Of a stretch of 64,000 bases of DNA, positions 31,160 through 41,343 are shown one piece after another. The notes under the pieces are model-generated. The model was not told where the DNA came from. It did no database searches and was given only the letters and a program-made list of their open reading frames with translations. The DNA is from Peptococcia bacterium (lineage in GTDB: Bacteria; Bacillota; Peptococcia; DRI-13; DTU073). The translations under genes and the position numbers were made by a program. Every line of letters begins with the position of its first letter. The first letter of the stretch is position 1. The stretch is from contig JBMNJH010000012.1 in assembly GCA_050951565.1 (NCBI GenBank), positions 63,141 through 127,140 of the forward strand, given 5' to 3'.

Positions 31160-31432
31160 AAGAACCGGGCAAAAGGAGAGGGCGCCGGATCGGCATTCAG
31201 TGAGGGCGCCCGCCGCCTCTTTTTAGGCAAAAAAGAGCGTGAAGAATTTTTAACATAAGCACTTGCATATTTTACAAGGATGACTTATAATAAATAAGTA
31301 ATTCAATTGTTTATAATATTATGACTAAAGTAGTTTATTCAGGACAATTACAACTTCCCAGCGACCGGTATTGCGAAGCAAATGCTTTCGTAATTTACTG
31401 CTTTTTTCATATATTTGAAAGGATGGTTTTTC

Positions 31433-32569
31433 ATGAAAGTTATTATCAAAAATGACGAGAGAGGTCTATTGTTCAGAAACGGGAATTATATGAAATGCCT
31501 AAAGCCCGGAACATACCGCTTTAGTTCATTTGGCAACAGCACGGTGATTCTTGCTAATGTCAATGACGCCTTGTCTGTTGCGGACAAGAATATTAATATC
31601 TTTCTGAAAGACCAGGAACTGTTGAAGGAGCTTTCGGTGATTGACGTGCAGGATCACGAGATTGCCCTGCATTATGAAGACTGGAAACTGGCCGAAGTGC
31701 TGAAACCAGGGAAGTACGCCTTTTGGAATGTCCTGAAAAAGCATGATTTTATTGTGGTTGATACCAGAAATCCCGAGGCCATTCCGGATATTGACATCTC
31801 CAGTTACACCAACCCGAAACTGGAAAAATACCTGGAATGTCACGACATCGAAAGCTACGAAAAAGGCCTGCTCTATTACGATAATGTCTTTCAAAAAATC
31901 CTGGAGCCCGGACGGTATTACTTCTGGAAAGGGCCTGTCCATGTGGACCTGGTCAAGGTGGACATGCGGCAGCAACAAATCGACGTCACCGAGCAGGAAG
32001 TGATGACGGAAGATAAGGTGAACGTCAAACTTAACTTTGTCTGTCAATACAGAGTTGTGGATCCTTTAAAAGTGGTGGAAGTCCGTTCCCTGGAAGAACA
32101 ACTGAACATTCTGGTACAAATGATTGTCCGGGATTTTGTCGGGATCCTGAAGTTGGATGATTTCCTCATGAAAAAGCAGGAAATTGGTCTCTATGTTTTA
32201 AAACAACTTAACGAAAAGGGCGAGGACATCGGTGTGGAATTCGTGTATGCCGGCCTGAAGGACGTGATTCTGCCCAGTTACATCAAAGAAGTTTTGAACA
32301 CGGTAGTCATTGCCGAAAAGAGAGCGCTGGCCAATAATATTGCCCGCCGGGAAGAAGTTGCTTCCACGAAGACGCTTTTGAACACGGCAAAACTGATGGA
32401 GGAAAACCAGACGCTTTACCGCTTAAAAGAGTTGGAGTACCTAGAAAAAATCTGCGATAAAATTGGGAACATTTCTTTAACCGGCAGCGGGAGTTTGTTA
32501 GAGCAATTAAACACCTTGTTGGCCAAAAGGATCTCGGATCCGGTTGACGATCCTTCAGCCAAAAATTAG
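31433..32569 (+). CDS. SPFH/band-7 (slipin-like) domain protein with N-terminal duplication
   Basis: MKVIIKNDERGLLFRNG is the SPFH N-terminal signature. C-terminal coiled-coil. ATG at 31433 has an RBS; the ORF track starts at a TTG at 31415. Confidence 0.7.
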   Translation: MKVIIKNDERGLLFRNGNYMKCLKPGTYRFSSFGNSTVILANVNDALSVADKNINIFLKDQELLKELSVIDVQDHEIALHYEDWKLAEVLKPGKYAFWNVLKKHDFIVVDTRNPEAIPDIDISSYTNPKLEKYLECHDIESYEKGLLYYDNVFQKILEPGRYYFWKGPVHVDLVKVDMRQQQIDVTEQEVMTEDKVNVKLNFVCQYRVVDPLKVVEVRSLEEQLNILVQMIVRDFVGILKLDDFLMKKQEIGLYVLKQLNEKGEDIGVEFVYAGLKDVILPSYIKEVLNTVVIAEKRALANNIARREEVASTKTLLNTAKLMEENQTLYRLKELEYLEKICDKIGNISLTGSGSLLEQLNTLLAKRISDPVDDPSAKN

Positions 32570-32587
32570 CGGCTAAAAAGAGGGCGT

Positions 32588-32629
32588 AAAAAACATCCAC
32601 GGTCAGTATTTTGACCATGGATGTTTTTT
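32588..32629. terminator. Bidirectional rho-independent terminator (13-bp stem with one mismatch, flanked by A6 and T6)
   Basis: ACATCCACGGTCA-gtattt-TGACCATGGATGT followed by TTTTTT. Lies between the convergent SPFH gene and pyc. Confidence 0.8.
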
Positions 32630-32667
32630 GTTTGGTCTGTCTTGGAGAGAGCGGCTGCTTGGGCCGC

Positions 32668-35600
32668 CTATTCCTCGAGAATAATCAGGAGTTCGCCTGA
32701 TTTAACGAGTTGGCCTTCTTTTACGACGATGGATTTGACAGTGCCTTCCGTGTACGAAACGACATTGGTTTCCATCTTCATCGCTTCAATGACGGCGACT
32801 TCCTGGTTAACGCGTACCCGGTCACCGGGTTTTACCAAGATTTTGACCACTTTGCCGGGGATGCTGGCGCCGATTTCCAGAGGATTGGAGGTATCCGCCA
32901 TCCTTGTGGCGATTTGTTCTTTCGCTACGGCTTTCTTTTTATCCTTAACCTTAATGATGCGCACACTGTCGTTTACTTCAAAGTGCAAGGGCACATAACC
33001 TTCTTCGTCCATCTTGCCCACTTCCCGCAGCCTGATGACCAGGATCTTACCGTCGTCAATCTCGACTTCACAGGTTTCTCCTTCTTTAATCCCGTGGAAG
33101 AAAATATGGCTTTCCATGCGGCTGAAGTCACCGTTTTCCCGGATGTAGGTCAGGTAATCATCAAAGACCTTCGGATAAAGGGCGTAACTGATGATATCCT
33201 TCATGGTTGGTTCGATATGGTGTTTTTGAGCCAGTTCTTCGCGGATTTTATCAAAGTCCTCGGGTTCCAGCAGTTCGCCGGGCCGAACGGTGATGGGTTC
33301 TTCTCCTTTAAGGACCAGTTTCTGCAGTTCTTGGGGGAAACCGAATTCCGGTTGCCCCATCATTCCTTTGAAATAGGCCACCACCGAATCGGGGAAGGAG
33401 AGGTTTTTGCCTTTTTCATAGATGTTTTCCGGGGTCAGGTCATTCTGGACCATAAAGATGGCCAGGTCACCGACGGTTTTGGAGGAAGGCGTAACTTTGA
33501 CGATATCGCCGAGCATTTCGTTCACTGTTTTGAACATTTCTTTGACTTCGTTGAAACGGTGCCCCAAACCGAAGCTTTCCACTTGTGGTTTGAGGTTGGA
33601 GTATTGTCCACCCGGGATTTCGTATTTATAGATTTCGGCGGTACTGGATTTCAGTTCTGATTCGAACTGGTAATAGACCGGTCTTACCGCCGCCCAATAG
33701 TCGGAAAGGGCCTGAATGTCATCAAGATTAATACCGGTGTTGCGTGGGGTGTTTTCCAGGGCCGCGACTACGGAGTTAAGCGCAGGTTGGCTGGTCAGGC
33801 CCGACATGCTGTTAAAGGCGGTGTCCACAATGTCAACCCCCGCCTGGGCCGCCATGAGAATGGTGGCGACGCCGTTGCCGCTTGTATCGTGGGTGTGCAG
33901 GTGGATAGGCAGGCTGATTTCTTCTTTCAATGCCTTCACCAGCTTGTAAGCGGCATGGGGCTTTAAGAGAGCCGACATATCCTTGATGCCGAGGATGTGC
34001 GCCCCGGTTTTCTCGATTTCTTTCGCTTTTTTGATGTAATACTCCAGGGTGTATTTGTCTTTTTTATCGTCCAGGATATCGCCGGTATAGCAGATACAAG
34101 CCTCGGCGATTTTGTTTTGCTTCAAGACTTCCTCGATGGCCAGTTCCATCCCTTTCAGCCAGTTGAGGGAGTCGAAGATCCGGAATAAGTCAATGCCGCT
34201 GGCGGCCGCCTCTTGAATTAAGGCCCGGATCACGTTGTCGGGATAGTTTTTGTAGCCTACGCCGTTGGCGCCCCGCAGCAACATTTGAAAGAGAATATTG
34301 GGGATTTTTTTGCGCAACTTGATGAGCCGGTCCCAGGGAGACTCCTTCAGGAAGCGGTAGGCCACATCAAAGGTGGCTCCACCCCACATTTCCAGGGAAA
34401 ACAGGTCTTGGCCCAGGATCGACGTGGCTTTGGCGATTTTTAACATATCAATGGTCCGGATGCGGGTGGCGACCAGGGACTGGTTGGCGTCGCGCATGGT
34501 CGTATCGGTAAGCAGCAGCTTGTTTTGCGCCTTAATCCACTCCACGATCCCTTCGGGTCCTTTTTCGTCCAGCAGTTGTTTCGTGCCGTATTGTTTCTCC
34601 GGTCTGGTCAGCATTGGCACTATCGGCACATCGAAATCCTTTTTCTCTTTAACCTCGTTGATGACCTTTTCCCCGAGGAAGGTTAAAATATGCTGCTCAA
34701 TATCGATTTTAGGCGTTATTTCAAACAACTGGGGATTTTCGGCAATAAAGCCGGTGTGGCATTTTCCTTTCATGAAGGTGGGGTGTTTCAAAACATTGAT
34801 CAAAAAGTCACTGTTTGTTTTGACCCCTTTAACCTTTTGTTCCTTGATTGCCCTGATTGATTTGCGAATGGCATCTTCAAAGGTTCTGCCCAGGGAGGTA
34901 ACTTTCACCAGCAGGCTGTCGTAATATGGGCTGATTACCGCGCCTGTAAAGCCGTTGCCGCCGTCCAGCCGAATTCCGAAGCCGGAGCCCGTGCGGTAAA
35001 CGTTGATTACGCCCGTGTCCGGCGCAAAGTTATTTAGCGGGTCTTCCGTGGTGATACGGCATTGAATGGAAAAACCTCTGGGCTGGATATCATCCTGGGA
35101 ATAGATGCCGATTTCTTTGGAAGCCAGGGGATACCCCTGGGCAATGAGGAGTTGGCTTTGGACGATGTCAATCCCCGTTACCATCTCGGTAACCGTATGT
35201 TCCACCTGAATCCGCGGATTCATTTCGATGAAATAATGGTTGCCGTCCTGGTCCAGGAGAAATTCCACCGTGCCCGCACTGCGGTAATTGACGGATTTGG
35301 CAATCTTGACCGCGTCATTACAAATTCTTTGCCGTTGTTCCTCCGTCAGGGAGATGGCGGGGGTGAACTCAATGAGTTTTTGGTGTCTCCTTTGGATGGA
35401 GCAGTCTCTTTCGTAAAGGTGCACCACATTACCGTATTGGTCGCCCAGGATTTGCACCTCGATGTGTTTCGGATTTTCAATGTATTTTTCGATGAAGATA
35501 TCGTCAATACCAAAGGCTTTTTTGGCTTCGTTTTTCGCCGTCTGAAACTCCTTCAGCAAATCCTCTTCCCGGTGGACTACCCGCATGCCACGGCCACCAC

Positions 35601-36099
35601 CACCGGCCGAAGCCTTGAGGATCACCGGATAGCCACTTTTACGGGCAAAGGACAAGGCTCCCTTTTCTGAGGTGATGGCCTTGTTACTGCCGGGGATGGT
35701 AGGAACATTGACCTTTTGGGCGACCAGTTTTGATTGGATTTTGTCGCCCAGTTTGTTCATCATGTGATAGGTAGGACCGATAAAGGCGATGCCCGCTTCT
35801 TCACAGCTTTTCGCAAATTCGCTGTTTTCGGATAAAAAACCGTAACCGGGATGGATCGCGTCGGCGCCTTTTTTGCGGGCAAGTCTGATGATTTCTTCAA
35901 TATTCAGGTACGCTTCCACCGGACCTTTGTTTCTGCCCACCAGATATGATTCGTCCGCCTTCGTTCGGAAGAGGGAATTCTTGTCCTCTTCGGAATAGAT
36001 GGCGATTGTTCTGATCCCTAGTTCAGCGCAAGCTCTGAATATTCTGATGGCAATTTCTCCTCTGTTGGCGACTAAAACTCGCTTAAAGTTTTTAATCAT
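32668..36099 (-). CDS. pyc: Pyruvate carboxylase (biotin carboxylase + carboxyltransferase + biotinyl domains)
   Basis: 1143 aa. N-terminal BC domain (RVLVANRGEIAIRIFRA), central TIM-barrel CT domain, C-terminal biotin attachment EAMKMET. Confidence 0.93.
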   Translation of the reverse strand: MIKNFKRVLVANRGEIAIRIFRACAELGIRTIAIYSEEDKNSLFRTKADESYLVGRNKGPVEAYLNIEEIIRLARKKGADAIHPGYGFLSENSEFAKSCEEAGIAFIGPTYHMMNKLGDKIQSKLVAQKVNVPTIPGSNKAITSEKGALSFARKSGYPVILKASAGGGGRGMRVVHREEDLLKEFQTAKNEAKKAFGIDDIFIEKYIENPKHIEVQILGDQYGNVVHLYERDCSIQRRHQKLIEFTPAISLTEEQRQRICNDAVKIAKSVNYRSAGTVEFLLDQDGNHYFIEMNPRIQVEHTVTEMVTGIDIVQSQLLIAQGYPLASKEIGIYSQDDIQPRGFSIQCRITTEDPLNNFAPDTGVINVYRTGSGFGIRLDGGNGFTGAVISPYYDSLLVKVTSLGRTFEDAIRKSIRAIKEQKVKGVKTNSDFLINVLKHPTFMKGKCHTGFIAENPQLFEITPKIDIEQHILTFLGEKVINEVKEKKDFDVPIVPMLTRPEKQYGTKQLLDEKGPEGIVEWIKAQNKLLLTDTTMRDANQSLVATRIRTIDMLKIAKATSILGQDLFSLEMWGGATFDVAYRFLKESPWDRLIKLRKKIPNILFQMLLRGANGVGYKNYPDNVIRALIQEAAASGIDLFRIFDSLNWLKGMELAIEEVLKQNKIAEACICYTGDILDDKKDKYTLEYYIKKAKEIEKTGAHILGIKDMSALLKPHAAYKLVKALKEEISLPIHLHTHDTSGNGVATILMAAQAGVDIVDTAFNSMSGLTSQPALNSVVAALENTPRNTGINLDDIQALSDYWAAVRPVYYQFESELKSSTAEIYKYEIPGGQYSNLKPQVESFGLGHRFNEVKEMFKTVNEMLGDIVKVTPSSKTVGDLAIFMVQNDLTPENIYEKGKNLSFPDSVVAYFKGMMGQPEFGFPQELQKLVLKGEEPITVRPGELLEPEDFDKIREELAQKHHIEPTMKDIISYALYPKVFDDYLTYIRENGDFSRMESHIFFHGIKEGETCEVEIDDGKILVIRLREVGKMDEEGYVPLHFEVNDSVRIIKVKDKKKAVAKEQIATRMADTSNPLEIGASIPGKVVKILVKPGDRVRVNQEVAVIEAMKMETNVVSYTEGTVKSIVVKEGQLVKSGELLIILEE

Positions 36100-36454
36100 G
36101 CTCGAGATCCCTCCACAAGATAAAAATACTAAAATATTTCGATTCTTAAAAATAGGACGAAAAATTTGATTTTATTTTTTAATCATTATACCAGTAATTT
36201 CAACGGTAATAAAGAGGTTTTTGTGCTGAATATTGTATACTTGATTGTATCCTTGCGAATTATCGGCAAATGATTGTCTATTTCAGTCATTGTGGAGAAA
36301 AAAGTCATAAAAAGTGCTAAGCAGCCGTTTGGTGGAAAGAATCGATGAATATACAAAATATTATCGGAAATTTGAATTTTTAGTTTAATCCTTTTTATTC
36401 TATAATATAAATTAAGGGACTTATTTAAAAAAATAAGAAGCGGAGGGGAGTATA

Positions 36455-37672
36455 GTGAAAAAAGCAGGTGTTTTACTATCATGCTTATTGGTATTAACCC
36501 TGGCGCTTACTGGATGTGGTGGTAAAGACGCAGGGGGAGCAGATCAGATTCTGATTAAAGGATCCGCTGCTTTAGACCCGGTTCTTTCAAGATTTGCGGA
36601 AGATTTCATGAGGGATAATCAAGGAATTAACGTAACAGTTTCTTCGGATGGCGGTGCTGCCGCCGGAATACAAAGCATCATCGACAATACGGTTGATTTC
36701 GCGATGGTGGTCGGCAACGTCGATGAGGCAGACAAAACCAGAATCAAAAATTACCAGGAGTTTTTGCTCGGCTATCAAACCCTCAATATTGCGATCAGTC
36801 AGGACAATCCGCTGGCTGAACTGAAAGACAGCCTTACCACAGAGGAAGTACAAAAGATTTTTGCCGGTGAAATTCAGTACTGGGATGAATTAGACCAATC
36901 CCTTCCCCATAACAAAATCCTTGTAGTGACAAGCAAAACAGGGGATGAGGCGTATCAATTATTTATGAAGAGCATCATGGGTGACAAAAACATTAGCCAG
37001 GACGCCATTCAGGTAGAATCAATGCGGGAACAGGCGGCGCAAATCTTTGAGAATAATGATGCCATTGGCTATATTGGCATGGGGATGCCCGGACCTGGAC
37101 TCGGGCGCGGTTTTGGTCCGGCGCGCGATGGAGAACGCGGGGGTCCGAGAGGAGGCTTCCGTGATCGCGGCCGCAATTGGGATTGGGATCGTGATAATGA
37201 TGAAAATGGCCCTCCGGCTCCGCCGCCGGTAGATCAGCCGCAGGCTTCGCAAGCTTCTGCCAGCACCGATGGCAACACTTCGGTCACTCCCGGTGACCGT
37301 CCTGCCGGCGACAATGAAGGCCGCAGGAGAGGACCGCGCGGTGGATTCCGTGGCGATAACGGCGATGGACCGCCAAGAGGATTTAGCAGAGGCGGCGGCT
37401 TCATGGGCGGAATGGTTATGTTAAAAATTGATGGGGTTGAGTCATCTTTCGATAACATTAAGAATGGCTCCTACAAGCTCCAGACTCCCGTGTTGCTGAT
37501 TGCCAGCGGCAAGCTGAACAAACAGGAACAAGCCTTTATCGATTCCTTGCTTTCGGGACGGGGATTAATGGCTTTAGGTATGGCAGGCATTATGCCCGCT
37601 AATTTCCCCGATAACTTTCCGGGGTCTGGTAATCCTCCGGGACGTGGAAACTTTCCCGCTCCCGCTAATTAA
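36455..37672 (+). CDS. PstS-like (PBP type 2) substrate-binding lipoprotein with a long Gly/Arg/Asp-rich disordered insertion
   Basis: Lipobox LTGCGG. PstS-like KGSAALDPVLSRFAEDF...SSDGGAAAGIQSI. About 120-aa insert rich in RGG/GPRGGFRG between the two lobes. Confidence 0.7.
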   Translation: MKKAGVLLSCLLVLTLALTGCGGKDAGGADQILIKGSAALDPVLSRFAEDFMRDNQGINVTVSSDGGAAAGIQSIIDNTVDFAMVVGNVDEADKTRIKNYQEFLLGYQTLNIAISQDNPLAELKDSLTTEEVQKIFAGEIQYWDELDQSLPHNKILVVTSKTGDEAYQLFMKSIMGDKNISQDAIQVESMREQAAQIFENNDAIGYIGMGMPGPGLGRGFGPARDGERGGPRGGFRDRGRNWDWDRDNDENGPPAPPPVDQPQASQASASTDGNTSVTPGDRPAGDNEGRRRGPRGGFRGDNGDGPPRGFSRGGGFMGGMVMLKIDGVESSFDNIKNGSYKLQTPVLLIASGKLNKQEQAFIDSLLSGRGLMALGMAGIMPANFPDNFPGSGNPPGRGNFPAPAN

Positions 37673-37675
37673 AAC

Positions 37676-38623
37676 CTAGCCCATCAAACTATATCCTTCC
37701 TTATTCGACTGTTCCGACGAACCGGGGTTCCTATTCCCGGTCGTTGTTTTTTGGCAAAAGTTAATAAACTCCTGCACCAAAGGGGATAAAGTGCGCGACT
37801 TGTTAAAAGCCAGATAGAAGGTGCGCTTTTCGGATAGTTCAATAAGCTCATAAGCATTAATCCATTTTTGCTGCACATAGTCCGTGGCAGCCACTTCGGA
37901 GATTACGGAAAAACCCAGCCCTTCCTTCACACATTGTTTGATGACTTGCACATTGTCAAAATAACCGATGACGTTCAGTTGGCTCAAGTCAATTTGCGCA
38001 TCCAGGAGAATTCTTTCCAGGGTAGCCTGCGTCCCGGACCCGCGTTTGCGGAAAAGAAGGGGATAGCGGGCTATCTCTTTGATGGAAACCGGAGCAGGCA
38101 AGTCAAAGGACGGAGGAGTAATCAAGACCAGCTTTTCTTCCAGGAGCGGAAGATAATCCAGTTTTTCGGCCAGGTATTGATAGCCCAAAATGCCTACGTC
38201 CGCATCGCCTTTGCCGAGTCTTTCGGCCACGTGATAGGAGTCGTTGAGAGCCAGATTGACTTTCACCCAGGGGTATTGTTGGGCAAACTGCGCCAGGATT
38301 TTCGGGGCGATATATTGGGCCGGCACGGTGCTGGCCGCTATTTTCAGTTCACCGTCAATTTTGTTCTTACTTTTTTTCAATTCCCAATGGGCCTTGTCCT
38401 GCAGGGTCAAAATTTCCTTGGCGATGGGGTAAAGGGTTTCCCCGGCGCTGGTTAAGACCACTTCTTTGCCTAGGCGGTCAAACAGTTTTTGCTCAAAATA
38501 TGCTTCCAAATTGCTGATGTGGGTGCTAATGGTGGATTGACTTAAATAAAGGTTTTCCGCCGCTTTGGAAAAGCTTTTTAATTCAGCTACTTTCGTAAAA
38601 GCCAGGAGCTGGTGTAACAGCAT
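37676..38623 (-). CDS. LysR-family transcriptional regulator
   Basis: N-terminal HTH LLAFTKVAELKSFSKAAENLYLSQSTISTHISNLE. 315 aa. Confidence 0.85.
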   Translation of the reverse strand: MLLHQLLAFTKVAELKSFSKAAENLYLSQSTISTHISNLEAYFEQKLFDRLGKEVVLTSAGETLYPIAKEILTLQDKAHWELKKSKNKIDGELKIAASTVPAQYIAPKILAQFAQQYPWVKVNLALNDSYHVAERLGKGDADVGILGYQYLAEKLDYLPLLEEKLVLITPPSFDLPAPVSIKEIARYPLLFRKRGSGTQATLERILLDAQIDLSQLNVIGYFDNVQVIKQCVKEGLGFSVISEVAATDYVQQKWINAYELIELSEKRTFYLAFNKSRTLSPLVQEFINFCQKTTTGNRNPGSSEQSNKEGYSLMG

Positions 38624-38802
38624 TTTTCGTCACCTCTTTTTACAATCGTATCATATCGAAAAGATAAAGGCACATCTTTCACTTTTAAGATTTAAGTCAA
38701 TTGGCACGATTATGATTTTAAAATGGCGAAGATGATGATTTAAAGAACAAAGATAGGGAGGATCTGGTCTTGACGGATCATTAAGATACGCAGGATCGGT
38801 AA

Positions 38803-41121
38803 TTATGGTTTAAAGCTTTTTAAACGGAGAGCATTGGTAACAACGGAAATGGAACTGAGCGACATGGCGGCGGCGGAAAAGATCGGGTTCAGCAAAGGAC
38901 CGCCAAAGAGATATAACAGGCCGGCGGCCAGCGGGATGCCGGCGATGTTGTAGCCAAAGGCCCAGAAGAGATTTTGCTTAATATTGCGGATGGTGCTTCT
39001 GCTCAGTTTGATGGCGGTAGGCACATCCTGCAGGTCACTGCGCATCAGGACGATATCGGCAGATTCGATGGCCACATCGGTGCCGGAGCCGATGGCAATG
39101 CCGATGTTGGCCTGAGCCAGGGCCGGAGCATCATTGATCCCGTCACCGACCATCGCCACATTGCGCCCTTCGGCCTGCAGCTTTTTGATTTCTTCGGCTT
39201 TATGTTCAGGCAGGATTTCGGCGAGGACACGGGTAATCCTGACCTGTTGGGCGATGCTTTGGGCGGTTTGGGTATTATCACCGGTCATCATTACCACTTC
39301 AATCCCCATTTTTTGCAGTTGGGCAATGGCCTGGGCGCTGCTTGCTTTCACCACGTCAGCGACGGCAATCAGACCGGCTATTTTCCCTTCCACGGCAAGA
39401 TACATGGGGGTTTTTCCTTCCGAGGCCAGGTGGTCGGCGGTGTTTTCCAGGGGACCAGGATCAATTCCTCGTTCCTGCAACAGTTGCCGGTTACCCAGGA
39501 GGACTTCGGTGCCGTTGACTACGGTCGCGATGCCTTTGCCCGGGAGCGCCTCGAATTGCTCGGGCTTAAACAGTTCCAGCTTCGCCTTTTGCGCGGCTTT
39601 CACGATGGCTTCGCCGAGGGGATGTTCCGAATCCTTTTCCGCCGAAGCAGCGTATTGCAACAGCCAAGTCCGATGCTCGTCCCATTGCATCCCTGCATTA
39701 CCATATTGCCTTGCCGATTGCTCTTTTTCCAATTGATCATTTTTCGCCAATATTTCGGCGGCCGTTAAAAGGTCCGTCACTTCAGGGATCCCTTCGGTGA
39801 TGGTGCCGGTTTTATCAAAAACGATGGCGTCAATCTTGTGGGTGCTTTCCAGGGCTTCGCCGCTTTTAAAGAGGATCCCGTATTCCGCGCCTTTGCCCGT
39901 GCCCACCATGATCGCAGTGGGGGTGGCCAAACCCAGGGCGCAGGGGCAGGCGATGACCAGTACGGAAATAAAGATGGTCAGGGCAAAAACAAGGGATTTT
40001 CCCGCCAAATACCAGGCTAATGCTGACAGCAGGGCAACATAAAACACGATGGGCACAAAATAGCCGGAGACAATATCCGCCATTTTGGCAATGGGCGCCT
40101 TGGAGCCCTGGGCCTCTTCCACCAGTTTGATGATTTGGGCAAGGGCCGTTTCGCTGCCCACTTTGGTCGCTTGCAAGGTAATCGCGCCATATTTGTTCAT
40201 CGTGGCGCCAATCACCTGGTCACCGGCTTTTTTCTCCACGGGAATGCTCTCCCCGGTGAGCATCGATTCATCAACGGAGGTATAACCGTCTAACACCACG
40301 CCGTCCACCGGAATTCGTTCTCCCGGCTTTACCAAAAGCAGATCCCCGACTTCGACTTCTTCGACCGGGATTGCGATTTCTTGCCCGTTTTGGATGACCA
40401 GAGCCGTTTTGGGAGTGAGTTCAATTAGTTTTTTAATCGCTTCGGAGGTCCAGCCTTTGGAAATCGCTTCCAGTGTCTTACCAAGGAGGATCAGGGTAAT
40501 AATTACCCCGGCCGTTTCGAAATACAAGTTTTCCACATGGCCCAGGGAACCGTCGGTAATTTTGTAGATGGAATACAGGCTATAGAAGACCGCGGCCGCG
40601 GTGCCCATGGCAATGAGGGAATCCATATTGGGGCTGCCTTGCCGGATGGCCTTAAAGCCGCTGGTGTAAAAACGGGCTCCCGCGATTAAAACGGGAATGA
40701 CCAGGGCTAGTTGAACCAAGGCATGGCGCAGGGGGAATTCCATGGGATGCAACCCAGGGGGAACCGGCCAATTTAGCCAGGGAAACATCGGACCCATTGC
40801 CAGGTAGAGCAGGGGAAGGCTAAACAGGGCGGAAACGAAGAAGCTGCTCTTGAGCTTTTTGATTTCCTGCTCTTTTCTTTGGCGGTCTTCGTCGATGGCT
40901 TGTCTGCCTTCTATTTCCAACGCTTTATACCCGGCCTGGGCGATGGCTTGTTTTATTTCGGAAAGCCTTATTTTCTCCGGTTCATAGGTAACGGTGGCTT
41001 TTTCCGTGGCGAGATTCACGGATGCCATGGTAACTCCGTTCAATTGGCTCAAAACCTTTTCAATTCTGCTGGCACAAGCGGCGCAAGACATTCCTTCAAT
41101 CGGGATTGTAACCTGTTTCAT
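38803..41121 (-). CDS. copA: Copper-translocating P1B-type ATPase
   Basis: N-terminal HMA domain [17 protein letters not shown] motif, [13 protein letters not shown]. Confidence 0.9.
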   Translation of the reverse strand: MKQVTIPIEGMSCAACASRIEKVLSQLNGVTMASVNLATEKATVTYEPEKIRLSEIKQAIAQAGYKALEIEGRQAIDEDRQRKEQEIKKLKSSFFVSALFSLPLLYLAMGPMFPWLNWPVPPGLHPMEFPLRHALVQLALVIPVLIAGARFYTSGFKAIRQGSPNMDSLIAMGTAAAVFYSLYSIYKITDGSLGHVENLYFETAGVIITLILLGKTLEAISKGWTSEAIKKLIELTPKTALVIQNGQEIAIPVEEVEVGDLLLVKPGERIPVDGVVLDGYTSVDESMLTGESIPVEKKAGDQVIGATMNKYGAITLQATKVGSETALAQIIKLVEEAQGSKAPIAKMADIVSGYFVPIVFYVALLSALAWYLAGKSLVFALTIFISVLVIACPCALGLATPTAIMVGTGKGAEYGILFKSGEALESTHKIDAIVFDKTGTITEGIPEVTDLLTAAEILAKNDQLEKEQSARQYGNAGMQWDEHRTWLLQYAASAEKDSEHPLGEAIVKAAQKAKLELFKPEQFEALPGKGIATVVNGTEVLLGNRQLLQERGIDPGPLENTADHLASEGKTPMYLAVEGKIAGLIAVADVVKASSAQAIAQLQKMGIEVVMMTGDNTQTAQSIAQQVRITRVLAEILPEHKAEEIKKLQAEGRNVAMVGDGINDAPALAQANIGIAIGSGTDVAIESADIVLMRSDLQDVPTAIKLSRSTIRNIKQNLFWAFGYNIAGIPLAAGLLYLFGGPLLNPIFSAAAMSLSSISVVTNALRLKSFKP

Positions 41122-41343
41122 CCTTTTGACCTCCTTGCCATATTCTTAGTGTAAGCATGGTGTTCGCTGATGCTCAATTTTAATTAGTATGATCGGTTTG
41201 TGAGCTAACGATTACTAATCATAATATACTTCATCTGTTTCCCGAAAGAAACACTTCGCCGGAAAAAAAGCTACCATATTAATATATATAAAGCCAGAGT
41301 CTCAGGAGAAACTCCGGCAAAGGCAGCTTGTTTACTTAATCTT

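Noticed and set aside
32710-33660. 316-aa + strand ORF inside pyc, and similar long antisense or out-of-frame ORFs (e.g. 54075..54965 on the minus strand inside the alpha-like gene, 56650..57267 on the minus strand inside the beta-like gene, 50207..50959 on the minus strand inside the giant gene, 276..527 on the + strand, 1497..1916 on the minus strand)
   Set aside because: They are fully embedded in or opposite well-supported genes with strong homology, have no motifs or RBS, and arise from GC-rich codon structure. They are shadow ORFs.
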